Origin: Podarcis cretensis
Lineage: Eukaryota
Assembly (NCBI GenBank): GCA_951804945.1
Contig: OX638163.1
Location: 21,204,001-21,268,000, forward strand
Direction of reading: 5' to 3'
Length of the DNA stretch: 64,000 nt
Under the pieces are notes generated by a model, which made no database searches, was not told where the DNA came from, and saw only the letters and a list, made by a program, of their open reading frames with translations. How positions within the stretch are numbered: the stretch's first letter is position 1; every line of letters begins with the position of its first letter. Below are positions 39,607 through 51,903 of this stretch, piece by piece. A program made the translations under genes and the position numbers.

Positions 39607-41743
39607 TACTGCAGTCGACAGCAGTGTCTGTGCGGGAATCGGGAAAATGTCCGGGAAAATTTGGACGTATGGCAGTGCTGTTTTTCCATAAAAATAGCTC
39701 AAGGAAGGCATTTTCTAAAGTGATTTTGCGATTTAGAACAACTTTGGGCAAAGCAAAACTAAATAAATAAAAGAAAGCTGAACAACTTTTCTATTAAGAT
39801 TTTCACTGGTTGAAATATGGCAACCCTATTGCAAGCTCCCTGCCTTCCATGTGTGTGTTTGCAACTGCTTAATGTGTAAGTTTAATGTGCATAGTATGCA
39901 ATCATACTGTACCCCTCCAGTGCTCCCCTGCCAGCCCCTTGCCTCTTAGCAACCCCCACTCCCAGGGGCAGACAGTGTCATTTGAAACATCATATAAGTA
40001 TCTGTTGGATTCAGATTTTACTGTAGTAATAAAGTTTGGCTACACTATGGGGACCGGCACATAGGGATATTGGATGGCAGCAGAATTCTGTACCAACTGT
40101 TAGGGGATTGCCTTAGGTCAGTGACGTTGATGATTTGATTTATTAAATCTGCATACCACCCTTTATCTGTAGATCTCAGGGCGGTTCACAACACACAATT
40201 ACAATATAAAAAACACAAAATATATAATACGAAAACATTGTGTCAATACCAGGATTTGATTTAAGATTCTTGATTGATTTAAGATTATAAGATTGTAATT
40301 ATAAGATTATTGTAGAATCTTAAACAGTTGTATTATTGTAGAAAATAATAGTGTCCGTGACTATCATGAATGGACCGTGCACTTTTGAATTCACCACTAC
40401 ACGACTGGAGGCTAGTGCATCGGGGCAAATGAGGCACTGCCCCACCTCCCCGAGTCTTGATTCCTACAGCCCACCTCCCTACTTACTTCCAAGCAGTCCC
40501 AGGGGTGATTGGTCCTCCCCATTAGTCTCAGGGCTCACCCTGACTTTCTTTTCTTGCTGAGTTACTAGGCACAGGCCCACACTTTAAAGCATTGTGTCCA
40601 ATCGCTTTTTCTTCCCATTTTGTCCTGCAAAACCTCACTCTTTACCACTGAACTGGAGCAAATGGCAATCCATGGAGAATCTAAATCACCTGTTGTTCCA
40701 ATTCCAGACCCGCCAAGTCTCCCTGGAGCTGGGAGGTGCTTGAATGTGTGCCTCCAGCTCTTAGGACTCTGTGCTCTCAGGCTCCTGGAGAATGTCCTTG
40801 GGCAGGTCTGCTTGCTCGTCTGGCTTCTACACCTGATTTGCCTGCCAGTCCTGCTCCTCTCCAAGGCAGCCAGTGTGTCAAGGTGCATAGGAAGCTGCCT
40901 TATATGCAATCAGACCATTGGTCCATCTGGCTCAGTATGGACCAGCAATGGCTCTTCAAAATTCCAGGCAGGAGTCTTCTCCTACTCCTACCTGGAGATT
41001 CCAGGGATTGAAACTGGGAGTCTCTTCATGCCACGTAGATGCTCTACTGCTGAGCAACGTCTGTCTGCCTTGCCTCCCCATAACAGGCAGAGGCTGCCAG
41101 AGTCTTCACCACCCATTCCTGTGCATTACAAACAGCCCAGGCATCCAAGACAGTTTTAGCCTCCCTTCCTTAACAGTGGAACAAGACTGGCCAAGAGCCC
41201 AAGGGCTCAGGGTTAAGGTCAGGCTGACCAGTCAGATCCAGAGAAAAATTCCTTTGGCAGCTGGTTTGTGCAAGCCAGAGCAGACTTCAGAGGTGCTCAG
41301 TCCTTTCCTGTTTCCCCCCATCTCCCCTCTTGTTGCTACACTGATTGTTGGCTCAATGTTTCAGGAATGTGACTCTTGGCAGAGAGGATGTGAGGGGATG
41401 ATCAGCAGGAAGCAGATTGAGGGTGTCCATGTTTGTGTTCTGTGGTTGGCCATAGTGGGCTCAGCTCATCAATCTTTTTGGCAATCTGGTGCAGATCTGG
41501 GTGCTGTCTGGAAATGCAAAAAGGAATGAAGCTGTCTTAAATATCTAAGTTGTTTAACATTCTGGAAATCCATAAGGGGTGGGAGCATCCTCCCCTGCTC
41601 ACTTCCAACCTCTGTCTGGAAGCTTAATGTCTCACCATAGATGGGCAGAGGGACAGACATTTTATTGATCATGGCTTTGCATGGTCTAGGTCTCATCTAG
41701 TTCTACAGCGAAATAGTAAGATCCTACATTGAATCACCTACAG

Positions 41744-41991
41744 CAGGGATCAGCAAACTTATCAGCTGTGGACCGGTCCACCACCCCTCAGACCTTATGG
41801 GGGGCCAGACTATATTTTTTGGGGGAAATGAACAAACTCCTATGCCTCATAAATAATCCAGAGATGCATTTTAAATAAAAGGACACATTCTACTCATGTA
41901 AAAACACGCTGATTCCCGGACCGTCCACAGGCCAGATTGAGAAGGCGATTGGGCTGCATCCGGCCGCCGGGCCTTAGGTTGCCTACCCCTG
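41744..41991. mobile_element. hAT MITE
   Basis: CAGGG...CCCCTG termini; perfect 8-bp TSD ACCTACAG. Confidence 0.88.
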
Positions 41992-42029
41992 ACCTACAGC
42001 ATAACCTCATTTTTAAACTTGCTACTTTG

Positions 42030-42031
<2 letters not shown>

Positions 42032-42069
<38 letters not shown>
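42032..42069. repeat. (GT)n microsatellite
   Basis: Read directly. Confidence 0.95.
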
Positions 42070-42072
<3 letters not shown>

Positions 42073-42114
42073 CCTGCCCAGCTGCAAAAATAGTGTTGAG
42101 GTCAACTTAAGATA

Positions 42115-42878
42115 CCGTATTGGCCCAAATATAAGCCACACCTTTAAAATTGGAGAGGGGAAAAGAAAACTTACCGTATTTTTCGCCCTGTAGGACGCAC
42201 TTTTTCCCCTCCAAAAATGAAGGGGAAATGTGTGTGCGTCCTATGGGGCGAATGCAGGCTTTCGCTGAAGCCTGGAGAGCGAGAGGGGTCGGTGCGCACC
42301 GACCCCTCTCGCTCACCAGGCTTCAGGAAGCTATCCGCAAGCCTTGGGAGCCCGCGGGAGTTGTTGCAGAGAGCTGCCTGCATCCCGAAGCCTGGGGTGC
42401 GCGCCCCGGGCTTCGGGCAGATGTCCGCAAGCCTGGGGAGACCGGCGCGACTTCCCACCGGGCTCCCTAGGCTTGCGGATAGCAGCCTGTTCTGGGGGCT
42501 GGGGTCGAGGGAAGCTCGGGCTTCCCTGGCTCCTGGGGGGGAAATAAATTTTTTTCTTTATTCCCCCCCCCCCAAACTAGGTGCGCCCTATGGGGTGAAA
42601 AATACGGTACCTGAATATAAGCCACTCCCTTCCTTGCTGCTCCTGGCTGCATATCGGGGGGGGGGGGGAGCCGCGCTGCGTTGCTGGTGGCCTTTCCTCT
42701 TCCTCGCTCTCTCCCTTCCTGGCCTTGGGGAAGAGGACAGGGGACTGCACGTGGGGAGGGTGACGCTTCACTGCGCTCCCGGCTGCATACCGTAAAGTTG
42801 AGAATATAAGCCACACTTTAACTTTTCAGGGTTGGAATTTGGGGGGGGGGAGTGAGGCTTATATTCAGACCAATATGG
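42115..42878. mobile_element. Tc2/pogo-like MITE (outer)
   Basis: TA|CCGTATTGGCCCAAATATAAGCC ... GGCTTATATTCAGACCAATATGG|TA. Confidence 0.8.
42174..42607. mobile_element. Tc2/pogo-like GC-rich MITE (inner) with internal palindromes
   Basis: TA|CCGTATTTTTCGCCC ... GGGGTGAAAAATACGG|TA. Confidence 0.82.
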
Positions 42879-42945
42879 TAGTCATGGCTGCAACATTTGA
42901 TGTGTGCTGCCCTGGCTTTTTTTGGAAAGGGTGGGAGGCAAATCT

Positions 42946-43362
42946 GAGAGCCAATGTGGGATAGTGGTTAGAGCAGGGGTTGTCAACCTGGTCCTTAGCG
43001 CCCACAAGTGGGCATTTCAGGATTCTAGGTGGTCAGTAGGGGGTTCTACGGCACAAGCTGAATCCTCCTTCTATCGAGCACTGGTGGGCGGTAAGGAAAT
43101 TTTACCATCAAGAAAGATGCATTAGTGGGCGCTATGTATAAAAAAGGTTGACTACCCCTGAGTTAGAGGGATGGACCTGGGAGAGCAGGGTTCAAATCCC
43201 CACTCAGTCATGAAGCTCATTGTGTGTCCTTGGTTCAGTCACTACCTGTTAGCTGAACCTACTTCACAGGATTGTTGTGGGAAAACTAATGAGGGATGGG
43301 GAAAATCATGAAAGCCACCTTGAAGGAAAAGGTGGTGTATAAATGTAAAGAAATGTAAGTAA
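42946..43362 (+). mobile_element. Squam3/MIR-like SINE interrupted by a hAT MITE
   Basis: Head at 42946-42973 continues at 43161 after the MITE. Confidence 0.8.
42974..43160. mobile_element. hAT MITE inserted in a Squam3-type SINE
   Basis: TIR CAGGGGTTGTCAACCT / AGGTTGACTACCCCTG; TSD GGTTAGAG/AGTTAGAG. Confidence 0.85.
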
Positions 43363-43610
43363 ATAATAGTACTTAAGCCTGGCCAGCAGTTGCTGTACTT
43401 GTGAGCTTCTAGGGACCACTTTACATGCTACGCACAAATAGAAATGTTGAACAGCGTGGAGACTAGCAGTTTGAAACAAGACGAAGATGACAAGGCAGAG
43501 ATGAGTGAGGTGGATCACTCCTTTAACCCCCACTCGAGGCAATAGGTCACCCATTTTAAGGAAGGAAAATTAGTTAATTTTTCCAAACAGATTTTACCCC
43601 AAATAGATTA

Positions 43611-43839
43611 CAGTGGTACCTCGGGTTAAGAATTTAATTCGTTCTGGAGGTCCATTCTTAACCTGAAACTGTTCTTATCTTGAAGCACCACTTTAGCTAA
43701 TGGGGCCTCCCACTGCTGCCGCCAAGTCGCCACTGCGCGATTTCTGTTCTTATCCTGAAGCAAAGTTCTTAACCTGAGGTACTATTTCTGGGTTAGCAGA
43801 GTCTGTAACCTGAAGCGTTTGTAACCCGAGGCACCACTG
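43611..43839. mobile_element. Tigger-like MITE
   Basis: TA|CAGTGGTACCTCGGGTTA ... TAACCCGAGGCACCACTG|TA. Confidence 0.88.
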
Positions 43840-44302
43840 TACTCTAAAAACTCAACTGATTTAGGGCAGTGGAGGGTGCTTTTTGTGGGGTTTTTTTTGA
43901 AAATCCACATCACTTTATGGCACACACTTTCTGCTTATGATAGTAGGACCCAAAGTATATTTAGGAGATTGATCCTTATCATCCCACCCCTACAAGTTTT
44001 GAATGGAAAGGAACCAACAAATGTTTTCAGAACAAAACTGTACTACATATTACCTGATGAGAGCTTGTATTTGCTGAATTGAGCTTAGCAGAGGAAAGCT
44101 ACCCTGTCAGTGCAAGGAAGGACAGCAGATGCTTCAAACTGTGCTCTAGTATCTAATCTATGTAGATTAAAGCAAAGGAAATGGATGTAGATATAGATAA
44201 GGCTTCCAACATGGGATTTGTGAAGGACAGATGTATACAGTACTCAGATTTTAACTATATGCACTCAAAAACTTTTATTTGCACAAATATAATACAGAGA
44301 GC

Positions 44303-44657
44303 TGGCACGCGGGTGGCGCTGTGGGTTAAACCACTGAGCCTAGGGCTTGCCGATCAGAAGGTCGGCGGTTTGAATCCCCGCGATGGGGTGAGCTCCCATT
44401 GCTCGGTCTCTGCTCCTGCCAACCTAGCAGTTCGAAAGCACATCAAAGTGCAAGTAGATAAATAGGTACCGCTCTGGCGGGAAGGTAAACAGCGTTTCTG
44501 TGTGCTGCTCTGGTTCGCCAGAAGCGGCTTAGTCATGCTGGCTACATGACCCGGAAGCTGTACGCCAGCTCCCTTGGCCAATAAAGCGAGATGAGTGCCG
44601 CAACCCCAGAGTCGGCCACGACAGCACCTAATGGTCAGGAGTCTCTTTACCTTTACC
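44303..44657 (+). mobile_element. Sauria/Squam1 SINE, full length
   Basis: Same family head and body, (TTTACC) tail, 13-bp TSD TAATACAGAGAGC (44290-44302 and 44658-44670). Confidence 0.92.
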
Positions 44658-47552
44658 TAATACAGAGAGCAAGTGCACAGAATGGGACTAGCCAATGTGG
44701 TGCCTCCAACTGTTGGACTCCAGCTTCCATCAGCCTTGCCAGGTGGTCTATGGACAGGGATGATGGTAGGAGGAAGACCACAGGTCATCCATCCAAGGCT
44801 TAGTTAGTGGGTCATGGGCCAGTGATACCATCTTTCTTCTAATCTCTTCTTTTCCAATGATGATTAGATGACAGCAGTCAAGGTAAGAAAAGTGAGCAAA
44901 GCTGCAAGGGCAGGACTATAGCCACAGGAAGCCTGACTGGTTTATTTTTTATAAGAGCATTTTGCTTATAACTCTGAGCAAGTCCACCCTCCTCTCCTTT
45001 TGCCTTTTCACATTGTCGACATCAGGCTCTCCCAACTTTGTGCTCCTCTCCAGAGATTCAAACTAATCATCTCCAATGAACAAGGCCATAGTCCAAAAAC
45101 ATCTGGAGGGCACCATTTTGGAAATGGCTGCCTACATGTCCTGTCTATTGTAGATTTCCTTTAAGACATTGAAAATAGCAGCTCCTTGAGGGCTAGGGGA
45201 CACTTGGGGAGGACAGGGAACACAGGGTTGTTTGTTTGTTATTATGTCTTAACTTGTCTTCATTTCAAAGAGGGGGAAATAGCAGCTCTTAAAATTATAT
45301 TGCTATATGGTTCGAGGCAGTGGTTCTCTTTTCTAGGGGTATTCACAGGTATGCAGTACCAGCACCTCTTTTGTTGTTGTAAAAAAGTGTGGCACGTACT
45401 GCAACAACTTCATAGTGAGTACCAGCAGCTCTTTTTCTAGCAAAGAAAGCACAGGTACTGGGCAAAACAATCTGCTATCTACAGGAAGTCTACCTTGGAT
45501 TGCTAGCTTTATAACCTGGGTTGCGCTGTAGTTTGGAAGCAGATTTTTTTGGATAGAACAAATTGCTTAAGTACCTAAAAAACCTTGCTGAATAAGGCCA
45601 AAGGCCCATCTCGTCCAGCTTGCTGTTCTCACAATACTCAAGCAGATGCCTCTATGAAAACTACAAGTGGAACCTGAGCACAAGAGCCCTCTCCCCACTT
45701 GTGATTCTCAGCAATGGATATGCAGAGGCACATTGTCTCCGACAGTACAGGAAGAATATAGGAAAGCTAACCCTAGCATGAATCCATTTGGCACCCATTT
45801 ATACAGATACTAGTTAAGTGACGTGGTGCTTTGGGGTTGGCTTTTCATCCAGAAGGTAGAACCTCTTCCTTTTTTCCTTGCTCCCCTTCCTTTTCTTTCT
45901 AAATATATTGCAATGGGAAAGAATCCAAAAGTTCACAGGAGTGTTGCATTGTGCACTGTGATGGTGGTGTGACGCTAATTAAAGAATGTAATTTTGAATG
46001 GTGCTTAGCTAGGTGAGAGATTTCTGAACAGAAACAGATTGAATGAAACCAAAATGGGGCCCTTCAAACAAAAATCCACACACAACCAGTCTTGTAATGT
46101 TGTAATATAACATTTATAGAGCTGAAGGCACATTCTTGACAAGATTATAACTGTGGCATACCCACAAAATGTAAAATATTATGCATTAAAAGCAAATATT
46201 GCACAAAGTTGTTGGTTTTTTATTTTGTTTTACAGAGCGTATCCTGAAAATCAAGACATTACATATAGTCATGGCAAGAACTTATGATTTTTTCAGCTGA
46301 AAATTAAATGCAACCCAATGTGTACTCACAATAGTACTTTGTAGAACCCATAATCAGAGTCCCAAGGAGATGAAAGCATTTCTCGTTTCCTTAAAAAGGC
46401 AGGACAGCTTTAGAGGAGATTGGGAAAGGCCATTCTTATTGTCACAGGTGACCTACAAATCTGGGCTCACCCAAAACATTTGGAAGGTACCCCAAAAATA
46501 ATAATGGGTGTGTGCACACTAAGCATGTTAGATTTGCTTACTGAGAAGTTGGGACCAGCAGTCGCAACAAACAAGTGAGCTGTCATGTAATTTGTAAAGC
46601 AACCTTCAGTCAAGTTTTCAGAAATCCTGGACCTGTGTAAACCACCAGTGAGTCACCTTTGTACTAAAATACCTACATATTTTATTTTTTAAAAAGCAAT
46701 GGGAAAATGCTATGTAAGCTTCAACCATCTGCTCAGTTGCAGGAGTACACATACACACATCATGTGAGCATTGAACCACCAATGGAACTGCACTCACTGC
46801 ATTTTGTTTAGATTATCTTACCTCCGTCCACTGGCCTTCAACTGGTAGGTTGGGACCTGCTAGTGGGTGGTGGCCCAATCCAATATGGGTTGCAACAGGA
46901 GCACTGCCACCATGCAAACATATGGCAAAAGATTAAGAAATGGGTCCCCAAATGAATGTTCATGTTAGAAGTAGGTCCTAGGTCTGAAAAGGTTGGAGAG
47001 CCCATCAATACTGCATATTTGCAGCAGATGGATATAAACCAGTGACATCACCAACCCAACTCTTATCTGAAAGCAGTTTTTCATTTTTTAAGAAAATGTA
47101 ATTGCTTTTAACAGTCACACCTAAAAAGAGAGAGATGGGTGTACATTTAACTGAATAAATTTACATGTAGCGCTTTAAAAAACTAACAAGGTAGACATCC
47201 AACTTGGCAAAACAGGGAGGGGAGGACAAGACAGATGATTAAATCAGCATTCAGTTTGCCAGCCAGCCAAATGTGATCTAGAGGAAAGGGAAGCCCTAAC
47301 TTGCATTTATGTCTGGATTTACTTTTTGGCTAGTAATTTAAATGAAGCAGACAGCAGAACATCTTGCCTAACAATGGAAAAGAGCAATAAATAAATCAAA
47401 TAAAATGTAAATGCATAGCTTTTTCTGTAGCTTTTTTAAAATAGCTTTTTTGATATTTTAACACACATGAGTTAACATAAAACTGTAAATAAATGAAATG
47501 TGCTCAAGACAGGAAACAAACCATATTTACAGGCAGAGTACATTTTATCGGA

Positions 47553-50500
47553 CTCACTTGCTAGATCATCACCTTGCCGTGGTGAGTGGGCTTTCACGTT
47601 CCTATGACCCTTGTGAGAGAAGCTGTTGGAAGCCTTGGACTCTCAGCAGGGTCACCCAAGGCTGTAAGGTCAAAGGGAAGGAGCTAAGCAAATAAGGATC
47701 CAAGAAGTGCGCAACGGCAGAACAGGCAGAAGATAACAAGTGGCATGTTACAACGGCTGTGAAGGTGGATGAAGGCTGCAGCAGATAGGAATCTAGCAGT
47801 CGTCGTGATACTCATGCCATCGGAATAGAGCCTTGCTGCAAAGACTGTGTCATGGTCAGCACACACTGATCTACACACATAAAACAAATTCACACACAGG
47901 CATCTTTCAAAAACCCATCCCAAACCCCCCAAAGTCCCATGGTGATTGGCAATGGTAATGCGGGCAGGACCATGAAATCTGGAAGCCCCTAGTCATAAAC
48001 TGGCACATGGGTGGTGAATACAGATTCAGTTGTTCTGACTCAAGGAATGAGGCAGTTGAGCAGCTCAGCAGCTGTATCCATGACTGAGCAGCCCTTTTTA
48101 GGATCCACTCTGCTCACCCTGAAAAGGAGGAGGGGCTAGAAAATGCCCTAGACTTAGTCTACCCTGCAACGTTTTAACATTGATATTGAAGTGCTTCAAG
48201 ACTCTCGAAGAGCAGATGAGGGACAACTGAAGGAAGAAAAAGGAAAGGTCTATCTGAACAAGAACATCGAAAAATGGGGTAGGCTTCGCTATCAAAAATG
48301 ATCTTGTGAAGCTCTTGTCAGAAGTCCCTACCGGCATTAATGAGCAACTGTCAACCATTTGAATAAAGCTCACCAAAAACCAACAGGCTACTATTCTAAG
48401 TGCTTATGCACCAACACTGGATGCCAATGAAGACATTAAAGAAAACATTTACTCTCAACTGGATACCATCCTATCAGAGACACCTAAGTCCTCCTGGGTG
48501 ATTTTAATGCAAGAGTTGGGCAAGATTTCAATCTGTGGCCTGGGACTATTGAAAAAGGAGGAGTTGGCAACAGCAACCAGAACAGAATCTTACTTTTGAC
48601 TATATGTGCAGTACACAACCTTGATATTACTCATTTCTGGGTTTGAACTCCTCAGGTTCCAAGTAGTTCAAGAACTAAGCTGTTCAAAAACTGAGGTACC
48701 ACTGTATTTTCCCCCCACTTTGAACTGTATTTATCCCCGCCACCCGTGGTGATTTTCTTGAGTCAATATGAGAGTACCCCTAAACATTTTTTTTAGAAAA
48801 ATAGCACTAAGTTATACCATAAAATTATATATCAATGGAAAGACAATTTAATGAAGAATGTAATGCAATAACTTTTATGAAGGATTATTTATTACAACAG
48901 CAGTCATAAAGAAGAAACATGAAACACACAGAAAAAAATGAGATATACAGGTTAAATTGCCGTGTTGGCACTTTGCGATAAATAAGTGGGTTTAGGGTTG
49001 CAGTTTGGGCACTCGGTCTCTAAAAGGTTTGCCATCACTGTCTTAGACTATGTAATTGTCCAAGCTGAAGATCACTGTGGTGTGCTCCTTACCAGAGCTA
49101 TGACAAGTTCCGACAACTGCTGGACAGATCACCAATTAATACGCTCCACAACGGCTATCAAGATACCTCAATGCAGGCCTCAAGGAAGGAAACAAAGGTG
49201 CAAAGTGAACACTGAAGCTCTTCAAGATCCTATTAAGTGGGATTGCTTCCAAATGACTTTTAAGGACCATCTTTTTTCAGAGTTCCCTGATAACAATGAG
49301 GAATACTGGACCAAGCTAAAAACATCCATTATTGCAGCCTGTGAACAAACTCTTGGATACCAAACCAAGAAACACCAGGACTGGTTTGATGAGATGGCAG
49401 TGAGATTGAACGCATTACTGACAAGAAAAGGGAGGCCTTTCAGATCTGGCATAGAAACTGCGCCACTAAGATAGAAACTGCGCCACTAAGAAAAAAACCT
49501 ATGCCAACGCTAAGGCTGAGGTTCACAGAGGAACCAGAAAACTAAATAACACCTGGTGGATAAAAAAAGCTCAAGAGATCCAGCACTTAGCTGACACTCA
49601 TGATGCACAGAGTTTCTTTAAAGCCACAAACACCATCTATGGGCCAATAAATCATGACATATGCCCTCTACACTCAACAGATGGTACTACACTTCTGAAA
49701 GATAAAGAAGCTATTCCACTTTGCTGGAAAGAACAATACCAGCATCTCCTTAACCACAACTCTGCCATAGCTGCTGAGGTCTTCTCAAAATTTCTGCAAA
49801 AACAAATCAGAGATCAGCTTGCAGTATCTCCAAATCTGGGAAAGTTGTGTACAGTTATTAACCAAATGAAAAACAACAAAAACAGAAGACCTGATGGGAT
49901 ACCTGCCAAAGTCTTCAAAGTGGGCGGAATTGAACTTACACAACTTCACAAGCTCATCAAAAAAATCTGGGAGAGAGAAGAGATCCCACTTATAAACGCC
50001 ATCCCCAACTCCAAGAAAGATTCCATCAACGGTGTCTCTGAAAAGTTTTACACATCACTTGGGAATACCCTCGAACTAATGCCAGTGCACTGGAAGAAGC
50101 AAAGATCACCAGTGTCGAAGCAATGATTCTTCAACATCAACTTTGTTGAACTGGTCATGTTTTGCAGATAACTCATTATTGTCTTCCAAAGCAATTACTC
50201 TATTCCAAACTTAAAAATGGAAAGCATAATGCCGGTGGTCAACAAAAGAGGTTTAAAGACTCTCTCAAGGCAAATCTTTAAAAATGTGGTATAAACGCCG
50301 AAAACTGGGAAACACTGGCCTGCGAGTGCTCCTTTTGGAGAATAGCCTTTACCAAAGGTTTCATGGAGGATGAAAGGGAGAAACGTGCTAGGAGGAAGGC
50401 ACGCTTGGCAAACCCTCACCATGATCAACTCCCATTTGGAAACCTCTGTCCCCACTGTGGAAGGACGTGTGAATCCAGAATTGGCCTTCACAGTCACTTA

Positions 50501-50576
50501 CAGACACTGCTAAGACCGTGTTCATGGAAGACAATCTTACTCGGCTATGAGTGATTGCCAAAGAAGAAAGAAGAAG
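47553..50576 (+). mobile_element. RTE-clade LINE, 5'-complete but internally deleted and inactive
   Basis: 13-bp TSD ACATTTTATCGGA (47540-47552 and 50577-50589); APE endonuclease remnants (SAYAPT, LGDFNAR, LDYVIV, WTDH); C-terminal CPHCGRTCESRIGLHSH; (GAA)n tail. Confidence 0.88.
48631..49040. mobile_element. hAT-type DNA transposon fragment plus Tigger-like MITE end, nested in the RTE LINE
   Basis: Ends in the reverse complement of CAGTGATGGCAAACCTTTT (hAT-Charlie-like TIR) at 49040; GAGGTACCACTG-TA Tigger-like terminus near 48705; LINE reading frame resumes at 49041. Confidence 0.7.
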
Positions 50577-51767
50577 ACATTTTATCGGAACACTATACAA
50601 TCAAGACAGTAAAGTAATTTTGGTTCTTTGAATTAAAGCCAAGTATAAGCTATTATTCACAAAGCATCAAGATGAACATTCCAAAAAAGTTTAGCAAATC
50701 ACACATAGAAAGGGAAGACACACTGGGTGGGCTTCTGCATCAAGTATGTGATAGCAGTACATTTCAAACCACCACAGAATGATAGAATTGTAGGGTTGGA
50801 AGTGACCCCAAGGGACCCCCTACAATGTAGATAAAATCTACACACTAACTCTGCTGCTGAGGAAACAGTGCCTTTGGATCCTCTTTCATTTTTTTAAAAA
50901 ATAGATTTTATTAAAGCTTTCTCATAATACAACTAGATAAAAGAAACTTAAAAAAAGAGAGAGAAAGAGAAAAGCAGAGTCCTCTGTCAAAGGAAGCTTG
51001 TAACTTTTGTCTCACACAGGATGTAGTGAACTCTCCCAGCTCCCACCTGGGAGCTTTCCTTTCTTCTCCCAGTCTCTAACCCTGAGAGTTAGAGTCTTCC
51101 TTTCCATGCCTCTCGGTCAGGGTTCTTCCACCAATTATCTACTACCTTCGTGTGTATGTAATCCTTGAACCCCAATAATGTCCCAGAGCAGAGGAAACCA
51201 AAGATGAAAAATAAAGATAGAGAAGAAAGAAGATAAAACACATCCTCTTTCAGATCTTTTCTGTAAGGAAGCCACTAAAATACACTATCCTATTTCTTGG
51301 CCAGTAGCCCTTAAGAGGACAGAGAGGAAACCAAATCTAACAGCTTGCAGTGAAACATTATGGATTCTACCTTCTATTTTCTGCCACAAGAGACACAGAG
51401 AAGACTGGAAGATTGTTATGACATGATCATGAATGGCAAATGCTAGTAGCTCATCTCCTGCCAAAAGATAGCACCTACTCCCACAACTTATCTTGTGAAT
51501 GATCAAAGCTATGTGACAGCTGAAATCCTGTAAATGTTTCATCAAAACATGTCACAAATATTTTTCGAAGGGGGAAAGTGCAGATTTGTTCAGCCTCGAA
51601 AAACAAAAACATCCACTGTCAACTGATACAGACCCGACTGTGTGGTCCTCCACACCAATTCTCTGGTTTCTCCCTAGCTATAATTCAACTTAGATATCAA
51701 CCCTTTCAATACAAGCCTTGACATATAATTGTTGCTCCAAAGGAAGAAAACTGTAATACTTCTGGGA

Positions 51768-51903
51768 CAGGCATAGGCAAACTCGGCCCTCCAGAAGTTT
51801 TGGGACTACAATGCGCATCCTCCCTAGCTAACAGGACCAGTGGTCAGGGATGATGAGAGTTGTAGTCCCAAAACATCTGGAGGGCTGAGTTTGTCTATGC
51901 CTG
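51768..51903. mobile_element. hAT MITE
   Basis: CAGGCATAGGCAAACTC / GAGTTTGTCTATGCCTG; degenerate 8-bp TSD TTCTGGGA/TTCTAGAA. Confidence 0.82.

Larger units (their letters stand above)
37862..39828. mobile_element. hAT-like MITE, host of nested insertions
   Basis: TIRs TAGGGTTGCCATA ... TATGGCAACCCTA. Confidence 0.75.

Noticed and set aside
40620-41529. 179-aa and 203-aa plus-strand ORFs
   Set aside because: They run through a SINE at about 40890-41060, have non-ATG starts and show no recognisable domain.
42265-42484. CRISPR-like repeat array
   Set aside because: Vertebrate context, no constant repeat-spacer period and no cas genes.
42107-42816. CpG-island promoter or cluster of long GC-rich ORFs
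   Set aside because: Entirely within nested MITEs with TIRs and TA duplications; the ORFs reflect high GC and palindromy.
48986-49474. 162-aa ORF as a host gene
   Set aside because: Chimera of a hAT terminus and an RTE ORF fragment.
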